IMG/VR virus record: IMGVR_UViG_3300048598_000493 | Location: 1-30,532 of that record | Strand: one strand, 5' to 3' | Length of the DNA: 30,532 bases | Source: a virus | Lineage: Duplodnaviria > Caudoviricetes | Made by a program: the position numbers and the translations under genes | Part shown: in pieces, positions 1-9,925 of the stretch | Numbering within the stretch: position 1 is the first letter of the stretch | How the letters are laid out: every line of letters begins with the position of its first letter | Notes under the pieces: generated by a model | The model's database searches: none | What the model was told of the DNA's origin: nothing | What the model saw: only the letters and a program-made list of their open reading frames with translations

Positions 1-273
1 TTATATCACCCATAACGATCCATCCTGAAATTTTCCTGTATCTAACGGGCTGGACGAAATAGGCGAATGATAATCAACAACAACAAAAGGTTCTCCATTT
101 TTTATATAGGCTTGAAGTATTTTCCCTCCAGATTCTATAAAAATATTAGATGCATCTCCGTCATCGGCGGGGAACGTCATCAAAAAATTATCAACTGTGA
201 TAGCCCGTCCGCTAACCGTTATTTTTGTTTCAGTCGTCCCTGGATCAAAAACCCACTCCAATCTAATTTTCAT
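1..273 (-). CDS. Hypothetical protein, probable tail fibre-associated/assembly protein
   Basis: 90-aa ORF starting 3 nt after the tail-tip gene stop, with GGAGG upstream. Function inferred from position only. Confidence 0.55.
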   Translation of the reverse strand: MKIRLEWVFDPGTTETKITVSGRAITVDNFLMTFPADDGDASNIFIESGGKILQAYIKNGEPFVVVDYHSPISSSPLDTGKFQDGSLWVI

Positions 274-276
274 TTT

Positions 277-3200
277 TCATCCTCCATAGAGGGATGGATC
301 AACCCACCCAAAAGCAGTGCAATAAAAATCCACAAGCTGGGCCGTACTTCCCACAAAGGCAGTTGGGTTCCATTGATAAGCGTTATACGTTCCACCCGCA
401 AAAGACACTGGTGGATTTGTAGACCATACCGTTCCAATATGACCAGATACATTTCCAAAAGGACGCGCTTTGAAAGTAATTGGCATATTAAAGATCGCAT
501 GGTTCCACGTATTGGCGGCGGCATTTATCTCGTACATTCTCCACGCTATAGCAAAACCACTAGAAAAAATCACATAGGCGCCGCTTGTGTTCTCCCCTTG
601 AGCAATAATTCCAACTCCAAGCCTTGATATCTGGTCAAGGTAAACTCCTCCGCCAGAATCAACCTGAACGTCATCCATGCTAACGTTCAGGGCGTTAAAA
701 GAAAAACTTGTAGTCCTTACGCGCTCGCATAAATTCCCATTATCTTGTCGCGCATAAAGCACAATTCTTGTATTATCTTTAAGATAACAGAACGCAGAAG
801 GGATTGCCCTTAACGCGCCACTTCCAAGCGTATCTGAATCTGCAAGAGTTGACCATACTCCGGCCGAGGTCCTTAAGTATTCGTGTATCGCTCCAACTAA
901 AGAAGAACCACCAGATAAGCAATAAATGTTGTTTGTAGGCGACCTCTGTAAAATTATGGTTCTATCTGTATATGATCCGTTGTGATGCATAATAGGAGTT
1001 ATTGCTCCTATAGTATTCCATACTCCCGCTATTGATCTAATATATTCTTTTGCCAGCGTTCCTCCATAAGGCGCTGCCAGATACATCATTGTGTTATCGG
1101 GGAGCCTTATTATCGATCCCCAATAATATCCGTCAAGCCCTGTGGTCTGTGTTTTAGTTGTCCAAGTTCCATCGTTATTCCTTATTAATTCTTTTATACC
1201 AACGCCAGACGATACCCCCGCGTCGGTAACACGAAATAACAAAACTAAACTACCATCGGCCAACATATCCCCGACCGCCGAAGTAGACGAATAATCAGCC
1301 GTAATAAACTTATTATCTCCCCAGGAACCGTCTGTATTTCTTATTTTTTCATATATTCCCGTGGCACCTAGATTAATATTGCTATTATAAAATATTAATA
1401 TATTTCTTTTATCTTTTAACTGTCCAAGATATAAAGGTATAACGTAATCGTAATTTATTATCGTAATACTGGAACCGTATTTCCAAGCTCCATCTGTTCC
1501 CCTTACAACCTCGCGGACTGGATTAGTTTCGTCGTCCTTAAATCTATAAACACAAAGAGTTGACCCGTCTTTTATTTTTGCAAGATTGGATATTCCCCAA
1601 ACCTGTATATATTCTGATCCAACTAAATTACCATTATTTACAATCTTTTCAGTCGCGTTCCAAGCTCCCTCGCTCCAAGTTCCATAAAATCTATTAGTAC
1701 CCTGTAATCCAGTTGAAATAATCCTTGAGTTGTATTCGTCAAAATCAAAGCCGTAAGCATCATTTGCGCCAAACCCTATTTTTGCATGACGGTAATTGGC
1801 CTCTCCTGAAAGAAAGAGACCAAGCAATGAAACCCATCCGGACGAGCGTTTTTCTTTTATCCTTATCTCTGATTGAGCAAGAAATGTCCCAAACGATCCA
1901 ATAGCTGCGTTAGGGTCAAGATCGCCTGCGGTAAATCCTGTGGCTTCGCTTATAGTTAGTTGTTCGTTGATATTGGCAATGAGGGCATTCAGTATTTCAG
2001 AGACTAGCTTTTCAGCAGTAATTGATTGGGCGGCAATATTATTTGTCGGTATTGGAGTTGCAATCAGTGAAAGAACATTGCTCGAATCACTTATCGCCTC
2101 TGAATTTACTACTCGCTTGACAACGTAATAATATTGTTTTGAGGTAGGCTCATCATCGGTACCAGACAAACTTAGCCCGGTATCCGTGTATGCATAACCA
2201 GAAACTTCCGCAATTTTAGAAAAAGTGCCAGCAGGCGATATCGACCTAAATATTTGATGAGTTAAAACCCCATCTAGGTCAGCCTGCCGCGTCCACTGCA
2301 GATAGGCGGTAGTAAAAAGACAAGAGCCACTTAGCGTTGGGGCTTCGGGGGTTAACGTAGAGCTTCCTGCCTCAATAGCATATATGTTTAAATAGCCTTT
2401 TAGGGAGGCCCTCCCATTTTTCTTTGCCGTAAAGACTACTTTTCCAGAGTCGATCGTGAATGCGGAAGTTGTCCATAAATTATCAGAGAACTCCCCTTCA
2501 ATACCTTCGTCAGGGGCAGCGTCAATCTGCCAATTCGACGTATCGTCCAAGCCATCCACCCATATGGTGATTTGAGTAGTCGCTAGCGTAAGGTTTGGCG
2601 TAATCCCGTCGGCCTTCTTCACGATGTTTATATATGGGTTAGAAACGACCATAGAAGCCTTTGACTCAGCATCAATGTTAATCGGCGATGACGCTATAAT
2701 TGAGGTTTTTGCAGAGACTTCAGATATTGCGGGAGCAATAACCGACTGCAGCTTATAGCTCCAGACGCCCGTGTCTGCATCATTGGTACGGCTAAGAACG
2801 CGGCAAAGGACTTCCACGCCAGAATATTCGTCAGTGACCGTCATCAAGGCATCGATGGCAATCTCGTCATCACTTGAATATTCGTAGGTCCACACGTTTT
2901 TATAGAAGGCCGCCACGTCCGCCCCTAGTGAATTAGCACTATCCGTATCATGGATATATGAGGCATCAATCTCCTTTTTAGAGACTGGGGATGATATAAG
3001 GGACACCGACAACGTGTTTTTGGCCGCGCGGTAGACGACGTCGGCATAAACGTTACATTTATAGATATAAAGCTGGCCGGATGTGTTGGGATTCTTCCAT
3101 ACGGCCTTCCACTTTTTATTCTTAAAAACAGGCGCGACTGTTTGAGTTAAGCCAGAATCGCTCGTGAATTCTAGCGTATGGTTTTTGGTAAGAACCATTT

Positions 3201-4134
3201 GCGTGAAGTCAGTATTCGACACCTTACGCGTTCCGACGAGGGCCGTGCTAAGAACATTATCGGTATAGTCGAGCCACGTCTCGCTGAGGTTGGCTTCATC
3301 CGGCCACAATAAGCCATAGGGTACTGATATCTGGTAGGTATGGTTGTCATCATCATACCCCACATCCTGAAGATAAATTAAGGCGTAATTCTTGATTTTA
3401 AGCGGCCAGTAATTAATGACAATCTTATCGGCATCGCGCTTGCCCTGCGTATGCTTAAGAGGTGCATTGATAACGTCTCCAGCCCAATCCCCACTAGAGG
3501 CCGTCCCATGCTTGGAGTTTCCCCAGGGAACAAGGGTAACTCGGCCGTATAGATCAAACCTGAATTGATAGCCATATTCCCAGAGTATCTCATCCAGGGC
3601 GTCCTTTACCGTCCCCGAGTCTACTGCATATGCTGATAAACTCACGTTTATAGACGTCGAAATATCAATTTTTGCCCCGGTATATCCCCGGCGGGCTAGT
3701 AAAATATGAACGATGGACGCCGATTCCGCTGTGGGGTCGCACACCTTTACATTAGCGATAGCAATGTCTGCATCATCATCGGCCTCAAGAGATCCCTCAA
3801 GGCTCGCGGTGTCATCATCAATGGTAAGCTCTATGGGGCGGATATCGTCGCCGGAGGCTCCTTCTCCGTACGAGTCGAAGGATAAATCAGACGATATCTG
3901 ACCGGTGAAATATCGTTCGCCATCAAGAGTCACAATAACGGCGACGGTACCGGTATTTGCGTTCATAGCTTGGATGAACGCAGAATCAAAGCCAATGGTC
4001 GCCTTGCACTCATTAACGACATGGTGGCCGGTCTCGGAGTATGGCGCATCTGTCCGAGAGAGGGCTTGAATATCCTCTGTAGTGATTATCGTTCCAGACG
4101 GGAACGTGAATTGAATAAGGCAACTAGTAATCAT
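277..4134 (-). CDS. Large tail tip/central fibre receptor-binding protein (hub-like N-terminus, FN3 domain, beta-propeller repeats, gp53-like C-terminus)
   Basis: 1285 aa, ATGA-coupled to the tape measure stop. FN3-like segment PEAPTLSG...LQWT...YTDTGL...YYYVVK. Repeated ExxRxxxGxW blades. C-terminal GENTSGAYVIFSSG...MPITF resembles tail-fibre C-terminal domains. Confidence 0.8.
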   Translation of the reverse strand: MITSCLIQFTFPSGTIITTEDIQALSRTDAPYSETGHHVVNECKATIGFDSAFIQAMNANTGTVAVIVTLDGERYFTGQISSDLSFDSYGEGASGDDIRPIELTIDDDTASLEGSLEADDDADIAIANVKVCDPTAESASIVHILLARRGYTGAKIDISTSINVSLSAYAVDSGTVKDALDEILWEYGYQFRFDLYGRVTLVPWGNSKHGTASSGDWAGDVINAPLKHTQGKRDADKIVINYWPLKIKNYALIYLQDVGYDDDNHTYQISVPYGLLWPDEANLSETWLDYTDNVLSTALVGTRKVSNTDFTQMVLTKNHTLEFTSDSGLTQTVAPVFKNKKWKAVWKNPNTSGQLYIYKCNVYADVVYRAAKNTLSVSLISSPVSKKEIDASYIHDTDSANSLGADVAAFYKNVWTYEYSSDDEIAIDALMTVTDEYSGVEVLCRVLSRTNDADTGVWSYKLQSVIAPAISEVSAKTSIIASSPINIDAESKASMVVSNPYINIVKKADGITPNLTLATTQITIWVDGLDDTSNWQIDAAPDEGIEGEFSDNLWTTSAFTIDSGKVVFTAKKNGRASLKGYLNIYAIEAGSSTLTPEAPTLSGSCLFTTAYLQWTRQADLDGVLTHQIFRSISPAGTFSKIAEVSGYAYTDTGLSLSGTDDEPTSKQYYYVVKRVVNSEAISDSSNVLSLIATPIPTNNIAAQSITAEKLVSEILNALIANINEQLTISEATGFTAGDLDPNAAIGSFGTFLAQSEIRIKEKRSSGWVSLLGLFLSGEANYRHAKIGFGANDAYGFDFDEYNSRIISTGLQGTNRFYGTWSEGAWNATEKIVNNGNLVGSEYIQVWGISNLAKIKDGSTLCVYRFKDDETNPVREVVRGTDGAWKYGSSITIINYDYVIPLYLGQLKDKRNILIFYNSNINLGATGIYEKIRNTDGSWGDNKFITADYSSTSAVGDMLADGSLVLLFRVTDAGVSSGVGIKELIRNNDGTWTTKTQTTGLDGYYWGSIIRLPDNTMMYLAAPYGGTLAKEYIRSIAGVWNTIGAITPIMHHNGSYTDRTIILQRSPTNNIYCLSGGSSLVGAIHEYLRTSAGVWSTLADSDTLGSGALRAIPSAFCYLKDNTRIVLYARQDNGNLCERVRTTSFSFNALNVSMDDVQVDSGGGVYLDQISRLGVGIIAQGENTSGAYVIFSSGFAIAWRMYEINAAANTWNHAIFNMPITFKARPFGNVSGHIGTVWSTNPPVSFAGGTYNAYQWNPTAFVGSTAQLVDFYCTAFGWVDPSLYGG

Positions 4135-6314
4135 TCAACGATCTCCAAAACACCTTTGGCTACACGATCCGCCGTTCGTTGAGCGATCTTGTCTATTGTT
4201 TCGTCATCGTTTACCGATCCTTCTACATTCACTCCGCCAAGGCTTATGGTGATATTCTTCGAACTTGATTTAGTGCTAGCCGAAGTACCAAGCAAATTAG
4301 CATTTTCCGAAGAGCGGCCGGATATGGAGATATTACCTGAGCGCAACGCCGAGGCGATCGGCTGAGTAAGTACCGTCTCGCCCGCATGGACAATAGAAAG
4401 TTGATCATATGGGATCTCGTAGGCGCCGACATCATACGATTTGACCATCCCGCCTTGAGAGGCAGTGCTTTGAACGGGCCGCAAGCCCCCAGTCGCGGAA
4501 CTCGTAGTGAGGGTTGTATTTACCGTAGTTCCATTCAAGGCCTCATTGATAGCGATTGCCAAGTCTGATGGGAATCCAGCGATGGTACTATTTAGTAATG
4601 TAAGGGCTGACGTTGAGTTAATATCACCATTTTGCAGCTGGTCAAGAATGTCTTGGAGCGCTTGTGTCTGTGTTTTCTGCTCAGTATTTATCACGCTAAT
4701 GTCGGATTTATACTGGATGTTTAGCTCACTAACACGCGAGTTGTACTCCTCTTGCGATATTATTCCCAGTTCGTAAAGGTCCTTCAAATGGGAGATATTT
4801 GAGTCGTAAACGCTTTTTATTTCGTCTTTTTTCTCGGAGAAATAGTCGGCCAAGGCCGAAATGGCATCATTGATTTTTTGCTGCGCGGCGGCGTTGTTCT
4901 CTTCCTCTTCCTGTAATTCGGTTGTGGTTTGCAATAAATCCAAAGTGGCAATGGAAAGATTAAAAGTGGAATTTACCCACTCAATAATTTTATTCACTCC
5001 CTGAATTATCTTATTCCCTCCAGGGACTATGACATCGTCATTTAGCCAAGCGAATAAATAGCCTAAGCCTTGCGCGGCGACCTTAACAATAAAAAGTACA
5101 GGATTAAGCCGTTCAAGGATCCCAATTATTGATAGGAATGGGGATAGAATCTGAAATAGTGGAGTTCCTAAGTCAATTAATAATTGAAGTATGGGCTTTA
5201 AGGATTGAGTCATTGCGGCATCTAGTCCAGCATCAGCGGCTGCCTTAACCATAGTTGAAAATCCATTCAAAACCTTCTGGACTGAATCTAGCTGAGCGAT
5301 AGCGGATACCAACGCTTGAATAAATAGGAGCATAGGATCAACTGCCGCCGTTCCGGCCGCGCCCATCATCTGGCCAACTTGGGTGTCTTGAATCGTAGTT
5401 TGGGCCGTATCTGCCGCATAGGTACCGTAGTCGCCGTTCTTGGCGGCCAGGGCTTTTTGCTCCTCAAAGGCTCTTTGAGCCTCCTCGATTTGCGCATCGG
5501 CCATCTCTTTGGCGTATTTCTGCTGGATAGCAAGGATATCAGCGCCGGTTGATTTAGCCAGCGCGATTTCCTTATCTCGGGCAACCTCAAGGTCATCAAG
5601 CTTGCTCTGAGTGGCGGCCGCGGCCTGCTCCTTTACGCGGAATTGGTCGTTGATCTGCTCGGCCGCGATCTGCTTACCATAGCGCGCGGCGAGCGCAAGC
5701 TTCTGGGCTTCGGTTCCCTCAAAGGAGGCCAAGGTCTTGTCGCGCTCAACCTCAAGGTCATCCACCTTGGACTCGGTGAGATCCGCCTCGATGGCGCGAG
5801 CCTTGAGGGCATATTCCTGAAGTGTTGAGTTTTGCTTTGAGGCGTAAACGTCCAAGGCCTGTGATTTAAGATCATCGATCTGGCCTTGGCTTAGGCCGGC
5901 CTCTTTCCCGATCTTCTGAGCGTCCGCAATATTCTTGTAATAGTCCTGACCGAGCTTGAGCAAGGCCTGGGCCTTTTGCTCCTCCAGGCTTATGGGGCTT
6001 ACCGTCAGGGTTTCCTGAAAGGAAGCTAGGGCGTCCTGGGCTTGCTTGATTATGGAGTCTTTCTTTTCTTGAAGGACACGGAGGGCCTCGTCCCTTACGC
6101 CGGCATCTGCGGTCGTATCAGCCTTGAACTTCTTAACGGAAGCCATCTGGTCATTTAGCTTGGCAAGTTCTGTTTTCGAGTCGTTTACGATGCCTTTAAT
6201 GGGGTCAAATTGGGATTTATAAAGGGCCGCATATTGGCCTTGGACGTTCTTTATTTCAGTCGCGACCGTCCGCATATTCGCCTGATCGGCTTTGGTCATG
6301 TTTGTGGAGAACAT
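4131..6314 (-). CDS. Tape measure protein, C-terminal part (same frame as 6432..7757)
   Basis: Helical Ala/Gln/Lys-rich sequence with hydrophobic stretches and the SYDVGAYEIP...VHAGETVL motif typical of tape measure C-termini. The frame stays open upstream to the TAG at 6432-6434. Confidence 0.8.
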   Translation of the reverse strand: MFSTNMTKADQANMRTVATEIKNVQGQYAALYKSQFDPIKGIVNDSKTELAKLNDQMASVKKFKADTTADAGVRDEALRVLQEKKDSIIKQAQDALASFQETLTVSPISLEEQKAQALLKLGQDYYKNIADAQKIGKEAGLSQGQIDDLKSQALDVYASKQNSTLQEYALKARAIEADLTESKVDDLEVERDKTLASFEGTEAQKLALAARYGKQIAAEQINDQFRVKEQAAAATQSKLDDLEVARDKEIALAKSTGADILAIQQKYAKEMADAQIEEAQRAFEEQKALAAKNGDYGTYAADTAQTTIQDTQVGQMMGAAGTAAVDPMLLFIQALVSAIAQLDSVQKVLNGFSTMVKAAADAGLDAAMTQSLKPILQLLIDLGTPLFQILSPFLSIIGILERLNPVLFIVKVAAQGLGYLFAWLNDDVIVPGGNKIIQGVNKIIEWVNSTFNLSIATLDLLQTTTELQEEEENNAAAQQKINDAISALADYFSEKKDEIKSVYDSNISHLKDLYELGIISQEEYNSRVSELNIQYKSDISVINTEQKTQTQALQDILDQLQNGDINSTSALTLLNSTIAGFPSDLAIAINEALNGTTVNTTLTTSSATGGLRPVQSTASQGGMVKSYDVGAYEIPYDQLSIVHAGETVLTQPIASALRSGNISISGRSSENANLLGTSASTKSSSKNITISLGGVNVEGSVNDDETIDKIAQRTADRVAKGVLEIVE

Positions 6315-6431
6315 ACCCCGCTCGTCATAATAGGCCTTCAGTTCAGACAGGTAGGTTTTAAGACTATCGCGGTCATTTTTATCGACCGTGATATTCTTTC
6401 TTAGCTCGTTCTCAATAATGCCTTCAGCGCT

Positions 6432-7757
6432 CTACGTAGCTTGGGCATTTTCGCGCTTCGCAGCGGTATCATCACGCGTTGCGTCGGCTGATTCCTTGAG
6501 AGCATTAGCCTCACGTTGCTTACTCGCTACCAGTAATCCTGTTGCAGTGACTGCTGCCAAAGCGGCGGCAATACCCGCCCACATTATTGGATTATTAGCG
6601 GCTTCAGCGATTTTCACTGATAAAACGGCGCCGAAAAGTCCCCATTTAGCGGCAGTTAATGCAATAGTTGCCAGGACAAAACCGACCATAGCCCCAGTTG
6701 CAACCGCTATCATGATCGCACCCAATGTTTTTATAGTCGGCGAGACATTCGCTAAGGCTTCGGCTAAACCGGATATAACAATTGCACCCTCATTAACGAT
6801 AGGAGACAGCCCCTGACCGATCGCTTCGTTCAAGTCACCAACGCTCTCCTTAGCTCGTTTAAGCGCTATTTCCGTATTGCCTGACTTCCCGATAAAGGCT
6901 GAGTATTTTTCTAAGATGAGATCGACTCCGGCGCCGGCCTTGAGCTGCTCGTCGGACAGGTCCTTTAGGTCAGGGATGAGCTTACCCATCTGGCCTTCGA
7001 CTCCCGCATAGGTGGCATTCAGTTTTTGGACGCTGGTAGAGAGGTCATCTCCCGTGGCGGCCGAGAGACCGGCGGCGGCCTTGATGAGTTTTTGTATCTG
7101 CGCCTCGGACTTACCCTGGGCCACGAGTTCGGCTTCCATCTGAGTTATGAGATCACCGTCCGTCCCCGTGAGGTTCTGCATGCTTTGGGCAAGATCATCC
7201 AGGCCGGCACGGGCGCCTTCCATGTGGTTTAAGGCTAAGGCCGTATCAAGGCGAGTGGCCGCGGCCTCGGCTTCGCCATAAGCCTGGACAGCATTGGCGC
7301 CGAAATCTTTTATCTTGTTCAGGGCGGCTAGGGCGGCCCCGGATTTTGCTAGATCTGTAAGCTTTTCAGATAAGGACTGCGCTTCAGTCCCGGAACCTTT
7401 TTGATTTTTTTCGAACTCTTTTAGCCCCACAGAGGCGGCTTCATATTGGATCTTTAAGTCTTGTATTTCCTTTGATTCAGGCTTTAAGCCTTGGTCAATC
7501 AGCTCTTTCGCCGCATTCTTAATGAGAGACTGCCGATTCTGGAGGCCTTCAAGCGATTGTCCAAATACCTTAGCCATTTGGGCGTCATTCTGTAAGGATG
7601 AATCGAGATTGGCAAAAATGGACTTTACTTCATTCATGGACGGAGCAAGGGCCTGCCCTTCTTGGGCAAGCCCCTTCATCTCCGTGGATAAACCCCGGAT
7701 CTCGGTACGGGCCTGAGTGGCGGCAACATCTATTTCAAGCTCGACCTTTTCACTCAT
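6432..7757 (-). CDS. Tape measure protein, N-terminal part, ended by an in-frame TAG
   Basis: Follows the tail chaperones; Ala-rich helical sequence. A single TAG separates it from the in-frame downstream half (1208 codons if read through). Confidence 0.82.
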   Translation of the reverse strand: MSEKVELEIDVAATQARTEIRGLSTEMKGLAQEGQALAPSMNEVKSIFANLDSSLQNDAQMAKVFGQSLEGLQNRQSLIKNAAKELIDQGLKPESKEIQDLKIQYEAASVGLKEFEKNQKGSGTEAQSLSEKLTDLAKSGAALAALNKIKDFGANAVQAYGEAEAAATRLDTALALNHMEGARAGLDDLAQSMQNLTGTDGDLITQMEAELVAQGKSEAQIQKLIKAAAGLSAATGDDLSTSVQKLNATYAGVEGQMGKLIPDLKDLSDEQLKAGAGVDLILEKYSAFIGKSGNTEIALKRAKESVGDLNEAIGQGLSPIVNEGAIVISGLAEALANVSPTIKTLGAIMIAVATGAMVGFVLATIALTAAKWGLFGAVLSVKIAEAANNPIMWAGIAAALAAVTATGLLVASKQREANALKESADATRDDTAAKRENAQAT

Positions 7758-7761
7758 ACCC

Positions 7762-8097
7762 TTACTTCAGTTCCTTTCTTGATTCATCCATGTCTTCTTG
7801 GTCGCACATAGCGGCCTCGCGTTTAATAGCGAGATAGAGCCGCATGGCCCTGTATGGCCATTTTCTCCAGCCTCCGGACCATGGAGGAGTCTCGGTGTCG
7901 CGCGAGATGAGGTAGAGATCGAGGACATCCTGGAACCCCGGGTCATTGATATACCCATGAATTTCTGAATAGAAGATCTCGATCTCCTTCCCATCTTCGC
8001 CCAGCACGCCGGTAGGGCATTTCTTCGTCTTCTCTCTACCGGCGCGTATTTTGAAATTCTGCTTACCTTTCCTGAGGAGGCGGTAAGCTATCCGGAT
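7762..8097 (-). CDS. Tail assembly chaperone frameshift extension (lambda gpGT-like T part)
   Basis: The -1 frame is open from the A8 run (8097-8104) through the listed ORF 7762..8007 (PPWSGGWRKWP). Located directly before the tape measure gene. Confidence 0.75.
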   Translation of the reverse strand: MRIAYRLLRKGKQNFKIRAGREKTKKCPTGVLGEDGKEIEIFYSEIHGYINDPGFQDVLDLYLISRDTETPPWSGGWRKWPYRAMRLYLAIKREAAMCDQEDMDESRKELK

Positions 8098-8507
8098 TTT
8101 TTTTCGTCCTCGGGCGTATCCTCCTCGGCAACCCGGATCTCTTTCTGGAACTCGCGGATAAGCTCCTTAATGAGCTTTCCGGACAAGGGTGCAGGCGCCT
8201 CAAAGAGCGTGGTAGCGTTAGTGACCTTGCGGGTCTTTCCATCGCGGTCCTTCCAGGACAGATTCTTGATCCTGGGATTGAATCCGCTGATTAAAAGGAA
8301 CTCGTCCGTCTCGTAATGCATATCCATGCCGACATACGTCCCCTTTGAGTCGTATTTATGGGCAACGTCGCGCTTGGGCCGAATGGTACGAATGGAGGAC
8401 TCGGAGAGCTCATCCCACTCCACGGAGACCTGGGCGGTTTCGTCGAGATCCCGGTTTCCGTTGAACTCCGGGATGTAGGACTTCTTTAACTCGCAGCTAA
8501 ATTCCAT
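8088..8507 (-). CDS. Tail assembly chaperone (lambda gpG-like)
   Basis: Lies between tail tube and tape measure; ends GAA AAA AAA TCC GGA TAG with a slippery A8 run. Confidence 0.75.
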   Translation of the reverse strand: MEFSCELKKSYIPEFNGNRDLDETAQVSVEWDELSESSIRTIRPKRDVAHKYDSKGTYVGMDMHYETDEFLLISGFNPRIKNLSWKDRDGKTRKVTNATTLFEAPAPLSGKLIKELIREFQKEIRVAEEDTPEDEKKSG

Positions 8508-8521
8508 TTTTCTTCCTTTCC

Positions 8522-9214
8522 TTACGCGATGTCTTCTTGATAGAAGACGGGGTCGGCACCGGCTAAGACAAAGTCCGAGTCGGAGGTCTGGCTATTTCCG
8601 CTCGATCCGCCAATAGAGCAGCCAGCAAGGTAGATCGGCGCAAAGAAGAACTCGCTGCGCTCTCCGGGCAGGTCGGACTCACGAATATAGAGCTGGGCCC
8701 AGAGCGGTTCGTTCGTGGGTTCGGATACCGTAATGGTACCGTCCGACGCGACCTTAACGGTCTTGAAGTATCGGCGCATAATACCGCCCTCTTCGTCAGA
8801 CACTCCTTGGATGAATTGAATCTTTATTTTGCCGGAGAAATCTTTTTTCCCGAGCCGCTGTTGGGTAAAGCCGTCCTTCAGCTTCGTGGTTTCGATCTTC
8901 TTCGCGGAGATAGAGGCACTCCAGTCAACGACATCGGCGAGTTGAGCGAAGGTTCCAAAGGAAGCCTTATCGCCAACGGCCGGGATCTCGGTACCCTTAG
9001 CGGGGAAACACATCCCTACCGCAAAGGCAGAAAAGATGGAACCGGTGGCAGCTTTGGCCACGATCTTCCAATACCCTTTTCCCTTCTTCGAAGCGGCCGT
9101 GCCACCAGCAAGTTCGTCTAGGCTCTTAGTACCATCACCTATTACCGGCGCGGCAAAAGTGCCAGTTTTTACGTCGCCGTCGTCACCGACTAAGCGAAAG
9201 CCGTCATATCCCAT
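8522..9214 (-). CDS. Major tail tube protein (probable)
   Basis: 230 aa, strong AGGAGG RBS, beta-rich tube-like motif DWSASISAKKIETTKLKDGF...GKKDFSGKI, upstream of the chaperones. Confidence 0.72.
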   Translation of the reverse strand: MGYDGFRLVGDDGDVKTGTFAAPVIGDGTKSLDELAGGTAASKKGKGYWKIVAKAATGSIFSAFAVGMCFPAKGTEIPAVGDKASFGTFAQLADVVDWSASISAKKIETTKLKDGFTQQRLGKKDFSGKIKIQFIQGVSDEEGGIMRRYFKTVKVASDGTITVSEPTNEPLWAQLYIRESDLPGERSEFFFAPIYLAGCSIGGSSGNSQTSDSDFVLAGADPVFYQEDIA

Positions 9215-9223
9215 GAGTTCCTC

Positions 9224-9478
9224 CTATTTCCGTCTCTTTGATTTGGGTTCATTCTCCGCTTCTAAAGACGAATCACTTTCGTTTTTCGCTTCGGAGGGAG
9301 AGATATTCTCCTGCTGAACTTTAGGCAGGAAACTTTCTCGATACGTCATTCCCAGGAGCGCGCTGGAGTAGGTGATAGCGACAAGGGGTTTCCCCGTTTC
9401 GGTATCGCCGTACTCATACGATGTATGCAGGTCAGGCGCCCGTTTCAGGCGATTCAGGTCATATTCCGTCATTGGCAT
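9224..9478 (-). CDS. Hypothetical protein
   Basis: 84-aa ORF tightly packed in the tail operon with a GAGGTG RBS. Confidence 0.65.
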   Translation of the reverse strand: MPMTEYDLNRLKRAPDLHTSYEYGDTETGKPLVAITYSSALLGMTYRESFLPKVQQENISPSEAKNESDSSLEAENEPKSKRRK

Positions 9479-9481
9479 ACA

Positions 9482-9925
9482 TCACCTCGGTGGCAAGGTT
9501 ATCTCGACGTAAAAGACGTCGTTGTACCACGCCTTTTCGTCGGACTCTGGGTCATCCATGACGCTGTCGTTTTCGTCTGGCGTCATGACGATGCGTGTAT
9601 TGGGGATTGCCGCCCCAGCGGCGTTTTCCAAATTCCGGATCCCCTCCGCCATATACGTCTGGAGGACATCCGAGGCCTCAAGAAAATTGGCGGTGCCCTC
9701 GTCAGAAATGATGCTCCCATCCAGACTGACAACCAGTTTGAGGTGTCGTTCCAATTGCGCGCTTGCACCCCTATACATGGAGTTTCTGCTCACGATCGGC
9801 TTCCGCACAGCCACCTTGATTGTGGGCTCGGCTGATTTGAGTGTCGTGGGGGCAAGGATGGTTAAGAGCCCCGTATTCCGCTCCAGTTGCTTCTGATAAT
9901 CCAAAAGGGCTTCATAGAAAGTCAT
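9482..9925 (-). CDS. Probable tail terminator/completion protein
   Basis: 147 aa, acidic, ATGA-coupled, positioned before the tail tube; alpha/beta pattern ending VFYVEITLP. Assigned by synteny. Confidence 0.55.
   Translation of the reverse strand: MTFYEALLDYQKQLERNTGLLTILAPTTLKSAEPTIKVAVRKPIVSRNSMYRGASAQLERHLKLVVSLDGSIISDEGTANFLEASDVLQTYMAEGIRNLENAAGAAIPNTRIVMTPDENDSVMDDPESDEKAWYNDVFYVEITLPPR

Noticed and set aside
67-627. 186-aa + strand ORF
   Set aside because: Antisense to two well-packed tail genes, with an Arg/Ser/Ile-rich shadow composition and no RBS.
277-700. Diversity-generating retroelement or invertible tail-fibre cassette
   Set aside because: No reverse transcriptase, template repeat, invertase or inverted crossover sites were seen in the window; they could lie beyond position 1.
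5560-5800. Repeated sequence AACCTCAAGGTCATC (SKxDDLEVxRDK) in the tape measure gene
   Set aside because: An ordinary internal protein repeat of tape measure proteins, not a CRISPR or regulatory repeat.
6432-6434. Genome-wide TAG reassignment or a phage amber suppressor
   Set aside because: Several genes end at sensible TAG stops (portal, tail chaperone, MTase, DUF488 pair), only one internal TAG was seen, and the tRNA-like element has no CTA anticodon.
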